A stretch of 60,207 nt of DNA, counting the filler, from Hausera hauseri (lineage: Eukaryota), in NCBI GenBank assembly GCA_046269625.1. It is 12 parts of 12 records of this genome, joined end to end, with 100 filler letters (N's around TTAATTAATTAA, not from the genome) between each part and the next. Parts side by side here need not be neighbours in the genome. Positions count along the whole stretch, not along the records: positions 44,321 to 49,592 come from JBJURY010293947.1; positions 49,693 to 54,438 come from JBJURY010452023.1; positions 54,539 to 60,207 come from JBJURY010209744.1; 9 more parts are not named here. The stretch is one strand, 5' to 3'. Below the pieces are notes generated by a model, which had not been told where the DNA came from, did no database searches, and worked only from the letters and a program-made list of their open reading frames with translations. Positions 46,481 to 59,328 of this stretch are shown one piece after another (the stretch's first letter is position 1; every line of letters begins with the position of its first letter). The position numbers and the translations under genes were made by a program.

Positions 46481-49400
46481 ATGGAGGTACCAATAACATT
46501 TTCACGAAACATTACGGGCGTTACCGCCAATTTCCGCCGTAACAAAGACCCACCTCCTAGCTCGTCAACTGTCGGCGAATTAATCCAAGTTGTTCTCGAC
46601 GACATCCTTATTCATAATAATACTTTTTACCGCAGAAACCGTCGAGCAGTTGCCGGACCTGGTTATGGAGGTTCGGCCGCCCAGAGATCGCCGCATCGGC
46701 GCAGTGGTGCCACGCGTCGGGCTGTCCGAGCACCGGGCGTGCTTGCGTCGTGCACCGCACTGCCCATCCGTCGCTCATACCCCCTATCTTTCTCTTCATT
46801 TTTTAACCAACAACAAAAACATATACACACACATGGAAGGACACACTACACGCAACACACCTACCACCACCTTGCTAACCTTCTAGGCACTTCTAGCTTT
46901 TTCTTATCCTACAACGGTCTCATCATCCACAACTTTTATTATCTTCTCCTTTTCAGACAGACTTCCTTTCTTATTCAAATCAATTTCAAAATCCTTGGCG
47001 GCGTGAACTCTTCATCTTCGATTGACATCACGGAAAAGCCAAAATCTATTCCGATATTACGCTGCGCCGGTATAGTAACACCTCCTTGCCTCCCTTTCGT
47101 CCACCACTGTACCCAATTCTTCATCGACAGTCAAACTCAAGCCAAACCTGGCTTCAATTTCATCAGCTCTGGCTGCAATCTGCAAACATCACCGAATCTC
47201 TTCCAAAGGCCCATAGTCTCTTCTACTATCTACCAAATTCGATTAAAACTCGAATACCCAAACTTTTACAACTCTTCAAACATCCTGATTCTTACAAGCA
47301 GCTATACAACGCTGTTCTTATGCTTACAAAATCTTCTTTGGATTCTATTATTCAATGCTACTTCAATGAGAACACCCTAGGCAATCAAAAGCCCTCCGAA
47401 TTCTTACAAATAGCTCTAAATAACTTGAAAGCACTCGGAATAACACATAAACACAACTCAAATCTTTGAAGACGTTATTTTCTCTACGCTTTACCCTTAC
47501 AAATTAGGGGTCCGTTAACCGTGGTTGAAGAATCATTAGATCTTAACAAACTAACCGAGTTAGCCGATAAATCATACGAATTATTGCAAATGCACACTAC
47601 CCCACTTATCTCTACTACCATCACATCAAACGATATACAACAAAACGCATTTCAACAACAAATAACTCAATTAGAGGCTGACAACAAGGCGCTGCTAGAA
47701 ACCATTAACAGTATAAACAATAAGTTGAGCCAACTGACTTTCTCCAGAGTGAATTTTCCGAGTGCCACACATTTCGATAGACCCCCACTGCACAACAGAC
47801 GATCACCATTGCCCGAACGATCGTCTATTTGTTATTATCACCATAATTTTGGCAACAATGCACACAAATGTTGCATTGGGTGAAAATTGTTTGCACGTAA
47901 ATTTAAGTCCGGCAACAACATCTGCATCTACCATTCTAAATTCAACACTAAGATTATATAATGTTTACCAGGATGCAATTTCAACTCACATGAGAATAGG
48001 CAACCCTCAACTAACAAACAAAATCAAACAGGTAAAAAACTAATAACGCCGCTAGAGTCATCGGCCACCTCTAGCAAAGGCTCCACTTTACAAAATTACA
48101 GCTGAAATACAACATTTGCAGCTTTTAAGTTGGAGGCAACTGTCGTTACTCCAATAAAACATAACATTAATTTCCTCATAGACACTGAAGCAGATGTCTC
48201 TCTGCTTCCTCCATAATATGAGGTACATAACAAAACACATTTACACAAAAAATTATTCGCTGCAGCAGGGGCAGAACTAAACATATTCGGCACTACTAAT
48301 ATCACTTTTACATTACCACATAACAAAAGCACATACAATTGGACATTTACAGTTGCCAATGTCCAAACACCTATATTGGGATCAGATTTCCTGTCCCATT
48401 ACCAACTACTGATGGATTGCAGAGGCTGTTGCTTGATTAACTCAAACCAATTTGAACAACCTAATTCTGTGAATATCATTTCGGTGATCGAGCAGACGAT
48501 CACTGGTCGTAAACCTGCTCTTAAAACATCATATATTAATTTAAAGTATTATTATAATCATCCCTTATTTAGAGACTACTATAGTACAGTTGACAAATAT
48601 GATAATGCCAACTCTTTGACGCCTTTTGCTAACGAAACCGCTCGCAACACCATTTTTAATTCCACAATATTGCACCAAATTCCACCCAGTCTTGATAACA
48701 CAACTTTTTCCCTAACTGACGCTAAGCAAATTGAAACATCAGCATCACCGTCAACCATTTTATCATCACTTCCACTGGAGTTGCAATCCTATGTATCTTC
48801 TTCTTTCATTTCTTTGTTGCAGAAAGACAAAGCTTTTAAACCAGCCACGCACACTTTTCATCATATTGTCACAGAACACGAGAGACCCATACGACAAAAA
48901 GTACGACCATTATCCCCATGTCGCAGACACGCAGTCGAAGCCGAATTTTCAGAACCACAACGCTTAGGCATAATCAGCTGATCAAAATCTCCATGGGCTT
49001 CGCCATTACATGTTGTCCCAAAAAAGGACGGATCTTTTTGCCCATGCGGTGACTACAGGCAATTGAATCAGATCACAAGCATGGACGCCTACCCTTTGCC
49101 TCTAATTAATGCCATCCTATATAGACTTCACGGCTCCACCATTTTCTCAAACATCGATCTCCATAAGGCATACCACCAAATTTCTATAGCACCAGCAGAC
49201 ATTCCAAAAACGGCAGTAACAACTCCTTTCGGACTTTTTGAATATTTGTACATGTTATTTGGCTTACGCAGTGCATTCCAAACCTTTCAGAGGCATATAG
49301 ACAACATCCTCGCAGACTTAGACTTCGCATATCCTTACATCGACGACATTTTAATTGACTTCTCATCCTCTGAACAGCATACTGAGCACCTACGCATTGT

Positions 49401-49592
49401 TCTCAAACGACTCCGACAAAACAATCTCTAAATAAACTTCGCAAAATGCTCCTTCTTTAAACAAAAAATTAATTTCCTTTGACACATAATTATTCCAACC
49501 GGACACGCTCCACAGCGAGACCGCATCACTCAACTGAAAAACATTCAATTACCACGCACAAATTCAGAAATGCGTTCCTTCCTCGGTACTTT
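46481..49592 (+). mobile_element. Decayed Ty3/gypsy element: upstream ORF with UBL-GG (about 46786-47002), gag, protease, RT
   Basis: Gag LGNQKPSEFL, LTELADK, ICYYHHNFGNNAHKC; PR FLIDTEADVSLLP, ILGSDFL; RT SPWASPLHVVPKKDG, CGDYR, KTAVTTPFGLFEY, YIDD. Confidence 0.92.
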
Positions 49593-49692
49593 NNNNNNNN
49601 NNNNNNNNNNNNNNNNNNNNNNNNNNNNNNNNNNNNTTAATTAATTAANNNNNNNNNNNNNNNNNNNNNNNNNNNNNNNNNNNNNNNNNNNN

Positions 49693-52600
49693 ACATCATA
49701 AAAATGGCGTAAATCCTTTTGCTGGATGCGGTGTGGTATTAATTGCAAATTGAGTTCCTTGTAAAAATTCGTCCCAATCCTTTTGGTTTTTAGCTACTAC
49801 GGTTTATAGTATGCTTATGACAGTTGCATTCATTCCTTCAACGATTCCATTACACCGAGGATGATATGAAGTTGTGGTTAATCTTTCGATTTCAAATATT
49901 TTGCTTATCTTCTCTAATAGTTCAGTGGTAAAATTTTTTCCTCGATCTGTCAATATTTGGTCTGGCGGTCCATATCGGCAAATGATTCTTCTAACTACAG
50001 CTTCGGCCAAGGTTTCTGCCTTATGAATAATTAACGCTATTAATTCGACAAAATGAGTTAGTCGATCAATACAAATCAATATATATTTATAGTTCTTGTG
50101 TGTCGTAGGTAGCGGTCTTACGTTATCCATTGACATGGCCTGCATGGGTCTGTCCGGTACGTCGATTGATTTCAGTTCTGCCATGTACTTTTTTGTCTTC
50201 TTTTGTTTGGTCGCACATACTTCACAAGCATTCACCCAATTCTTTACATCAATATAGATACTCGGCCAAAAGTACTTATTCAATATTCTTTCCAGCGTCT
50301 TTTTCCATGACATGTGTCCTGCTAAATATGAATCATGTTCTGCCATTAAAACTTCGGTTCGTAAACCCTTATGAATGACTATCAGTTTTCTTCCTTTCCG
50401 TTCGTAATATAAGATATCTTTATTGCTTTTGTCATATAAGACTCAGTATTTATGTCCGTGCCTGTGTAAATGTTTCTTTATTTGCCGTCCTTTTGGTACG
50501 ATGTCTTTTTTAACAAATTGTATAATTTTCTAAATAACTTTATCCTTCCTTTGTTCTGTTGAAATTGTAATTGCTTTATCCAACGTTAGAGCACGTTGGC
50601 GCTCTTTTATTTCTTCGAGTTGACTTTTCTTCATAACGGTAATTGCACTCGTTTTAGTTTTCAGTCTCGATAATACATCGGCATCTACATGTTTATTTAC
50701 TGGTTTATATTGGAATTCGATATTCTATCTACAGCTTTCTTCGATCCGTCTACTAAATCTGCATGTCGGGTTATTTGCTCGGCCTTTTAAAGTCGTAACG
50801 GCTTTGTGGTCAGTGATAATTATAATTTTCTGCCCTTACACATAAACGTTGAAGTGTCTAAGCGCTTTTTTTACGGCTAGAGTTTCTAAATCAATAACAG
50901 AATAATTTTTCTCGGCCTTCTTCAAGGAACGTCCTCCATAAGCATTGGGTGTTCTAATTCTTCATCTTCTCTTTTCTGCGCTAATTCATATTCAATACCT
51001 TCTTCACTGGCATCTGTTTTGATTATAAAGGGTATGTTGAAGTCTGAGTATCGTAGAACTGGTTCACTTGTTAATATTTTCTTCATTTCGTCGAAGGCTT
51101 TTTGTTTGACGTCCGTCTATTTCCATTTAATTCCCTTCTTGAGTAGTTAATACAAGGGTGCATTAATTTTCGAGTTGTCCGGCACGTAGGTGGCATAATA
51201 TCCACAAAGACCTAGCCAGTGTCTTAGCTCTTTCTGATATTGAGGTTCCATACAATCTGATATTTTGTTCAATAATGATTTGTCTGGTATTGTTCCTCCT
51301 TCTCCAACTATATGGCCAAGGTAAGATGCTGCGTTCTGGGCCCATTTACATTTCGTTGGGTTTAATTTCAGTCCGGCCTGTTCTAGGTGCATTAGCGTGT
51401 GTTCAGTATCCTTCAGATGTTCCTCTTCCGTTCTTGACGCTATCATCACGTCATCAAAATACGCAAAAGCATGATCTAGCCTCAGTAACATTTTATTCAT
51501 CATCGTCGTAAATATGGCCGGTCCGTTAGTAATGCCAAACGGCATGACGTTGAATTCATAAACACTATCGTGTGTTTTGAATTCTGTTTTATACCGATCT
51601 CCGTCCTCGATTTCTACTTGTCAATACTCGGATTGTAAGTCCAGAGTGGTAAACAACTTTGCTCCTGAGAGTCTGTCTAGAGCCTCTTTTACTGATGTCA
51701 GTGCAAAAGAATCTTGATTATATTATTATTATCATAAGATTATTCAATGCTGTGTAGTCAATACAGAATCTATGTTTCGTAGTACCCTTCTTTCTAACTA
51801 TGAGGATTTGTGAGTGCCAAGGTCTATAACTGGGCTTAATTATATCGGCCTTAATCATTCGCTCGACTTCTTTTGTTATCTCGGGCCTTAGTGAATGTGG
51901 CGGAGGATACTATTTCGGTACCCTTTTATTCGAACCAGGTTTTTTGTCAAGCGGAATAGTCAACTTTAATGCCTTTGTCCTACCAATATCTTCGTCGTCT
52001 TTAGCAATAATCGACTTATAGCGGCATAATAACTCGTAGAATCGACAATAAGATTCGTGGAAAACTTAGTTTCAACATGCAGTGGGAATTCGGCATACTT
52101 GTAAGGCTTTTCTTCAATAGTTATAGACCACACCCTATACGTATCTCCTAAAGTTGTATAGACATGCAGCTTTACGGGGGTCGGTGAATTATTTGCTATT
52201 CTGATAGGTACACGACCGGAGTGTATTCTTGTCAGTATGTTACTAAGTATTATATTCGGATTTAATGTTTCTCTTGGTTCGAAATATACCGGTTGATTAT
52301 TATCTTGTTGAATTTGCGCGTAAATTATTATCTATGTTGTAGGTGGAATATTTTCATCTACTGGTATCCACACTTCCAAAAGGCGTTATAATTGCAGTCA
52401 GTATTTTACATGAAAATCCGGTCAAGGTAAATATTTCATACCCATTTATTACTGCTTGGATGACTGCCTTAACCATTTGTATTAGGAAATGTATTGCTAA
52501 GAATCCGGATGCAGCCTATCCAAAAATTAAAATCTTCCAAAAATTTTGTAGTATTTCTGTGGTTACCCGCTGGTAATGATTTACGCTAAACAGCGATTCC

Positions 52601-54010
52601 CATTTAGCTTGGTACCGAGTATCATCCGCTATGGAGGCCATGTCTCAATTTAATTCATGCGTCCGCTGTCGTGGAAAGGCAAGAAACTGTCTATAGGCTT
52701 CAATCTCTTTAGGCCTATATATGCCTTTTTGTGAGTTATCCTGGAACTTGTCGTCAGTAATTCCTTTTGCAAGATTCGTGCCAGTTAGCTTCCTTGGGGT
52801 CTCTGCAATGCCTCCATTAGGTAAACTGACCCAATTTGTTTTGCTACGTCTAAACATGAGCTCGCCTAAACCTGCCTTGCAATCCTTAATGATTGTTGGC
52901 TCAATCGCGTTATCTAACAGCACTCTAGTAAGTGGCATAGTTAACCGCGGAACATTTTGGTACATCACGGGGAGTTCCTGTATACATCGTTTCTCTTCGA
53001 CATTGATTGATACGTTCCGTTTTTCTCACTCATATGTCAATAAAACTTCACCGGTAACTCGAACAAAGATTCCTTCCCTCATGGGAATTATTCCAGCTTT
53101 TAGTTCCGGGTTAGCATAACTGAAGGATAATTTTGTCCTCATGATTTCCGTGTCCAACTTACAATCATTCGTTATCATTTCGTTGTACAGTTTGGCTATT
53201 CGTACTTGACCTTTGTAGTAAAAATAATCGTATCGATTTTTTAGATAATCCTCAATTTGAATATCTTGCGTTTTTAACTTGTAAATTCTTACATCTATTT
53301 CTGTTTCTGCGACGAAAAACGCTTTATAGTTAATAGCGAACATCACTACTTCACAACGAGAAATCATGTCTTTTTTATAAATTTTATTCCATGTTGGTCA
53401 GAGATTAATACAGTATGTGTGGAATGTTCTGATACGTCTTCGCGCATCCTTGAATTAGTATCAGATTTATCCACATATTGTTTTCCGATAGTTTCATTAA
53501 ATTTTAATTTTTTAATTTTGGTAAAATTACAGCTCCTTCGAGAGGGAGGTTCCCATATTATCACAGAACGTTTAAAAGCACAAGTTCCGTCTTGTAAGTG
53601 GCACTTTTGATTCTCGGTATATTGTTTGGTCACATTATGGAACATTACTCTCTGGGCTGGCATCTCCGATTCATAGAAATCCACGACCACTATGTTTGCT
53701 TGTAATCCTTTTTCAGTGTCATATTCTTCTCCGTTACAATGTCCGTTATGCTTGTCTAACCTTCCGACCACTACCTTGTATGCCCTAATTATCTTTCCTG
53801 GTTACATCTCCAATTCTATACTATCCCACTGTACTCTTCCAGTCTCTTTAGTCTGTTTACAATGATACTGTTCCAAATTCATTGGGATTGAAAGGGTTGT
53901 TGGTTTGATTATTGAGGAATGTCCATACATTAATTCACAGTGAAAAATGCTACGAAATCGTCTCAACATACATTGCATTCTATTAGTCCTTTTGTAAATG
54001 GTACGTGTAT
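49693..54010 (-). mobile_element. Second copy of the env-first gypsy family: glycoprotein (about 53980-52375), deletion junction, spacer, RT, RNase H, integrase
   Basis: ORFs 53364-53771, 53026-53367 and 52645-52968 are close paralogs of 5266-7560. RT FCIDY, MPFGITNGPAIF, YFDD. Integrase 49804-50346 is near-identical in protein to 39039-40429. Confidence 0.92.
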
Positions 54011-54011
54011 A

Positions 54012-54428
54012 ATCAAAACCTTGTTTTCGATATTCACGCTTTATTATAATAATTGTCTTTTTATAAACTACGTTGCCTTTCGGATTGAATACGTGCGGAT
54101 ACAGACACAAATTGATCAAATCACTTCCATGATATATCGTTGTTTTCGGCATGTCGACTTTCCTTTTCAAAATTTGACATTTGAGCGTGTTATAATTAAA
54201 CATTTCTAACAATTGATCAACAGAAACTTCTAATTGTTCAAAATTTTGCTTATCTTTAACCGCATTTTTACATTTGTCTTCAAGACCTTTGAAATCGTCA
54301 GGTTTTAACTGCTTGTCTTCTATATAAGGGTAGTAGTAAAAACCTTTGTCAACGGGAGGTTCGCAGCAAAGATGGCCGGAATATTGCAGCTTCATTGCCT
54401 TTCCTAAAATATGGACCAATGAATGCAA
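54012..54428 (-). pseudogene. TARS: Eukaryotic threonyl-tRNA synthetase fragment (editing domain plus start of catalytic domain), fused in frame to the env-like gene
   Basis: HS..HILG.AM...Y.G.LC..PP...GFYY...K.Q.FE.LEV....LLEMF.YN..KC.IL...DL..LC..PHV and PKG..Y......REYRK.GF. Confidence 0.88.
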
Positions 54429-54538
54429 AAAAATATAANNNNNNNNNNNNNNNNNNNNNNNNNNNNNNNNNNNNNNNNNNNNTTAATTAATTAANNNNNN
54501 NNNNNNNNNNNNNNNNNNNNNNNNNNNNNNNNNNNNNN

Positions 54539-56651
54539 GTATGGTGACGTTGTTCAACATTCTGTAGTCACCACAAGGCCGGTATGAACCGTCCTTCTTT
54601 GGGACCATGTGCAATAATGATGCCCACGGTGATGTGGAGCGGCGTATGATGCCAGCTTCTTCAAGATGTTGAAATTCGGCTTCCGCGGCTGCCCTCTTGA
54701 CAGGGTCAAGCTCCCTCCGGGGTTGCCAAATCGGTCGATCACATGATGTGACGAGAAAGTGTGATGCTTTCACATCTTTCTGTGTTGGTTGTGCTGAGCG
54801 CTTCAATAGGTTAGGGTATTGCGCTTGCAGCAATGGTGCAATGTCAATGGGATTTGCGATTTTTATACCCTTTACTGCGTTTATGGTTAGAGTGAATGCA
54901 GGTGGAGGTAATGGGTTGCTCCCGCTGGTAAGTTGTTGATTACGTCAATCAAATGTGAGATCGTAGTGATCTAGGAAGTTAGAACCAAGGATTGGTTGCA
55001 TGACATCGGCCAATATGAATGACCAAGAGTATTATCGGCCTTGTAGGTAAAATTGTAGGTACAGTGTACCTATGGTTGATATTCGCGTGCCATTGGCAGC
55101 TTTGAGCGATGCGTGCGACACCAGCGTAGGTCTAGCGTATGCGCTAGGTATCAGCGATAAAGCTGCACCAGTGTCGATTAAAAAATCGAGTTGTTTTAAA
55201 ATTTCGGAGTGTAGTGGCTCCGCCTCGAGGGTGAAAATAGCGCAACAATGTGTTCGCTATTTGTATACGGTAGTTGTGGTGATTGGATTTCCAATCGACG
55301 TGCAATGGGTCGTCGGGGCCCATTTAGTTTTTTGATGGCTTGTGAAATTTGCAGGCGGATCGACAGACTTTTGCATCTGGACCGAAATGGTTGTGATAAA
55401 TGCAAGTGTCTTTCATTTTTATGTTTGCTGATGGCTTGTCGAATTGACAACCATGGTAAAATTTGTTGGCGGATTCGCCAAATCGAGTGTGAAAATGGCC
55501 TATTTTGGAAAATTTGCCTTTCTTTTGCTTGGGAGATTGGCGCCGAAATTGCGGTTTGTCTCTGGCTGGCGGATTCTTGTGCGTTTTATGTGCCTGCAAT
55601 GCGGCAATGATAGTGTCCAGCTGATATTGCTGGGTCCTTGTGACGGAATGGATATTTTCCGTCAGTGCGGATTCTACGGTGCCTTTAGTGCACTCGTATA
55701 TTTTGTCGGCTTTTGATACCATATCGTCTAAAGTGGTATCGGGCGGTAATAGCACCAATGCCGCTTGAATTTTATTGGGCAAACTACTTAGGAAGTAGCG
55801 CCGTAGTATGTGCTGGTTGGTATAGGGTCCTACTCAGCATTGCTCAAATCTGAGCGTAACTTGTGAAGCAGAGCAGACTGTTTCATATTCCATGTCTGTC
55901 GCATGGTGAAGACTAAGTTCAACTGGTCCTGTTGGGATGACAGATGTGCTTTGCATATAGCTGCTTTGATTTTGTCGAACGGTTTTTCATCTGACAGTAG
56001 TGTGTCCAGATCCGTTATGACTGCAAGCTTTGTTGGCTGCAGGTATTGAATGAGTGTTAAGGCGTTGTTTAGTTGGCCGGTGATGCTGCATTAAGTATTC
56101 CTTGTTTCAAACACATGGAACCACTTCAATGGCGTTCCGTCCTAACCTATGAAGAAGGTTGGACATGCTAATTTGGGTGGTTTGGCCTGTGTTGCTGAAG
56201 CAGTTTCTAATTTTTTGTCAGGCGTGAGGTCGTCAACGCCTCCTTTTAGTTTCGGAGTCGCCAGTATGGCGGTATTGTCAACCAAAATTCTATTGATTGC
56301 ACAATTATTCTTGCGTAATAAATTTCCATTATAGGAAAATGTATGCTTGGGATACTGTTGGTTTAAAACGTCCAGCATTCCCGACATAGTTAGGGTCGAT
56401 GGGAAGCGATGAGCTTTTGTCTGACGCCAGTTTTGTACAATGAGTTGTATTTCGTTTGGCGTACAATTGGTCGATGTTGTTTCACCATGGTAAATTTTGT
56501 TGTGAATTTTAATCGACTGACGATTAGGTGAATTGCTAAGTAGCGAATTTTCGCTTGGTGTGTGTACTATTTTGGCACGGTTCGTATAATCGGGTTTGTA
56601 TTCCGATTTGACGGTGTTGACGCGTGTGTTAGTGCTAGAATATATTGGCAC
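54539..56651 (-). mobile_element. Decayed Ty3/gypsy element: UBL-GG (about 56238-56453), gag, protease, RT start
   Basis: CPTFF..TPLKWFHVFE; MVSKADKIYE; duplicated knuckle-like FHTRFG..C and CIYHNHFGPDAKVC; FLIDTGAALSLIP; ILGSNFL; [30 protein letters not shown]. Confidence 0.92.
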
Positions 56652-57111
56652 TTGTTCGATATCACGCGTTGTAATTTTCTGGTTTCAATTGCTTTTGGTG
56701 ATGCAACTGTCAGTGGGTATTACGTGATCATGTTTGTTGATGCACGAATGTGTGACCGGATTAATTTCGACGGCACTTGTGTGAATTTGAGCTTGATTGC
56801 TATCAGTGGCTGTGTGAAGTGTTTGAGCCGGATTTATTTCAACGGCTGCGTTTGTGTTATAGGGCGTGAATGCGGTAACCGCTGCCACCATTTTAGAAGT
56901 TTTTACTTTATTAGAATCCCGAACTCTATCCAAAAACACAGTAATAAAAAAACAACAACAAAAAATGAATGTGAGAAAACGATAAAACAAGACCGCATGA
57001 GTCACAACGTTTATTTGTACGACAATTACCGCCCGCCGAGGCGTACGATTCGTCCGTACTGGATAGGGACGGTTCCACTCTAAGACGTCGACGAGGTGGA
57101 ACCGGCTGGTC

Positions 57112-57753
57112 TTAAGAGCCGGAGCTGTACGCCCTTACCCGCCGTGATTCGGAGATTCTTTGGTTCGGAATCAGCTGACTCTCGGAAGGAACCAGTGACT
57201 CGAACATCCAATCTGCCGCCGCCATCAGTCTTATAAAGACTGGTACGAAGACGGAGGAGTCGAACAGCCGTCGGCTGTCTCCGTCGACGTAGAATCTTCG
57301 GAGATGTCGGTGAGGGAGGCAATACGGATCGCCGTCGTACAACCCGGTGAGGTGCCGTACAAAGCGGCTTCGTTGCAAGAGCTCTCGCATCATCATATAA
57401 TCGGAATATGAACAGCACGGAGCTTGGCGGCTTCTCTGACGATTGGCTTGCTGTGACGTGTGGCTCCGATCTTCGGAACGGGCTTGTTTCGTCGAGGCGA
57501 CGCGGCGGTCGTTGATATTTCCTCGTTCGTCGAGTGTTGGTTGGGGTATCTTTGGGATACGATACCCCGGAGTCGGAGATGCCGTCATTCCGCCAAGGGT
57601 GGTGTTTGCTTGATTCGTTGCATCTGCCGGGATGGCCTCGGAATCTTTCCTGGCGATCGGTTCGCCTGGTTTGGCTACCCTGCATGTTGATATTTGTTCC
57701 TTGCCGATTTGTTTGGTTGATTCTGTCATGTTTTTAGTCGTCGTTCTGTTCAT
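57112..57753 (-). CDS. Unknown GC-rich ORF upstream of the UBL-gag frame (possible extra 5' ORF of the element)
   Basis: 213-aa open frame on the same strand as the element, with an overlapping 201-aa alternative frame; no recognised domain. Confidence 0.35.
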   Translation of the reverse strand: MNRTTTKNMTESTKQIGKEQISTCRVAKPGEPIARKDSEAIPADATNQANTTLGGMTASPTPGYRIPKIPQPTLDERGNINDRRVASTKQARSEDRSHTSQQANRQRSRQAPCCSYSDYMMMRELLQRSRFVRHLTGLYDGDPYCLPHRHLRRFYVDGDSRRLFDSSVFVPVFIRLMAAADWMFESLVPSESQLIPNQRISESRRVRAYSSGS

Positions 57754-58199
57754 TTCCTTTTTTGAATGCTTGTCTTTTTCTTTTTGAATAATCTGTGCAA
57801 TCCTTAATCTGTGGATTTAAACAAACGGATTAAATCCACAGATCTTGATTGTTAATTTTTTATTTCTATAAGTGCTGGTTACTTCGGCACTTGTGATCCT
57901 AGTTTTTAGGTGGATGAATCCGTGATTTATTTTGATTTTATTATTTTTTCTTTTTTTAGCCAGAAATTTAAATTGTTATTTGAAATAAAATTTCACGGAA
58001 ATAATTTTTATTTCGTGGTTTTTGTATTTTTAATTTAGTATTTTTTTGCACGGTGGAATCTTACATCGAATTTCCGGTATTTCCAATATGGTTGATTAGC
58101 GCTCGGGACAGGGTGCATTCGAATACAAACACCGTGTAGTATATCAATGTGCAGTTAGAATTTAAATTTATTGATTAGTTATTGATTAATATCAATCGG

Positions 58200-59260
58200 A
58201 AATGCAAATTGGCTATATATTTAACATGTTTTTCAAGTATCAAGGAAGAAAAATTCGATTCATCATTGACCGGGGACAGATAGGAAATCGACTATGTCGA
58301 ACTCGAATATGTACTCGAAAATTCTACATTCGAATATTTTCGAGTTCGAATATTGAAGTTCGAACTATTCTAAAAGTCTAACAGCGGAAATCGATTCCTC
58401 GTATTCTAAAACCCTCATGTACATAAAATTATTCCATGAAAATTTATTATATAGGCATAAAATCAATATTTCGAATTAAGCAAAATGTGCACTTGAAGCG
58501 CAGTGAAGCGGAAATCGATAAATCTAATAGCGGAGCTGGATAGGAAGTCATGTATGTCAAATCGGAATATGGCATCAGGTATAGGAAATCGAGCTTACAA
58601 ATCGATTACTTGGCTATTCGAACTCGAAAACTCGGTCAAGCATGCATTATTCGAAGAATCTAATGACGGCATTCGATTTCCCATAGTCGAAAACTTATAT
58701 AACAATCAAGAAAAGTGCGGTGCAGTGCTGTGCAGTGTATAAAAACAAGGTTTTTCAAATATGCTAAAAGTTCTTGTTAAATGCAAAGTCATTTTTATAT
58801 TGTTTAAGCAATAGAGGTTATTTTGAAGGTGAAGCACACTGAAATCGGCAAATCTTTAAGCATACGTGGATAGGAAAGCATATGTGGAGAATCCGAATCT
58901 GGTGTCAGATGATCGAAAACATTTTTCGAACTCGAAGAAATATCGAATTGAACTCGAATATTCGGTGAAGCGTGCATTATTCGAAAAACCAGGTAGCTTT
59001 AGTCGATTTCCCATAGTCTAAAACCGAATATGGTGCCGCCATATATTTAAGTCATTTGATGCATTAAAACAAGCGCATGATGTTAATATGAAATGGCATA
59101 ATTACGTGTCAAGTTTATGCATTTGATGCATTAAAACAAGTGTACATTATGTTGACAATATGCCCAATTTACCCCACCATTAAAATTATTTCCTTACATG
59201 TGTTTTGTTTTACTGCATCAAAATTATTTTCCATACATGGGTTTTTGTTTTGCTGCATCA
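58200..59260 (+). repeat. TCGA-rich region with internal direct duplications upstream of the second pPolB copy
   Basis: About 58490-58700 duplicated at about 58830-59030; catttgatgcattaaaacaag twice; aaaattattt..tacatg..ttttg.ttt..ctgcatc twice; homologous to 10280-10410. Confidence 0.65.
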
Positions 59261-59328
59261 ATTATCAAAATTAGGCAGTGCACGCTGACATAGCCATATT
59301 TTTCATTATTTCCAATTCACTTCCGCGA

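Noticed and set aside
58100-58145. Possible PBS/LTR boundary of the minus-strand gypsy element
   Set aside because: No clear TGG-initiated tRNA complement could be identified by eye.
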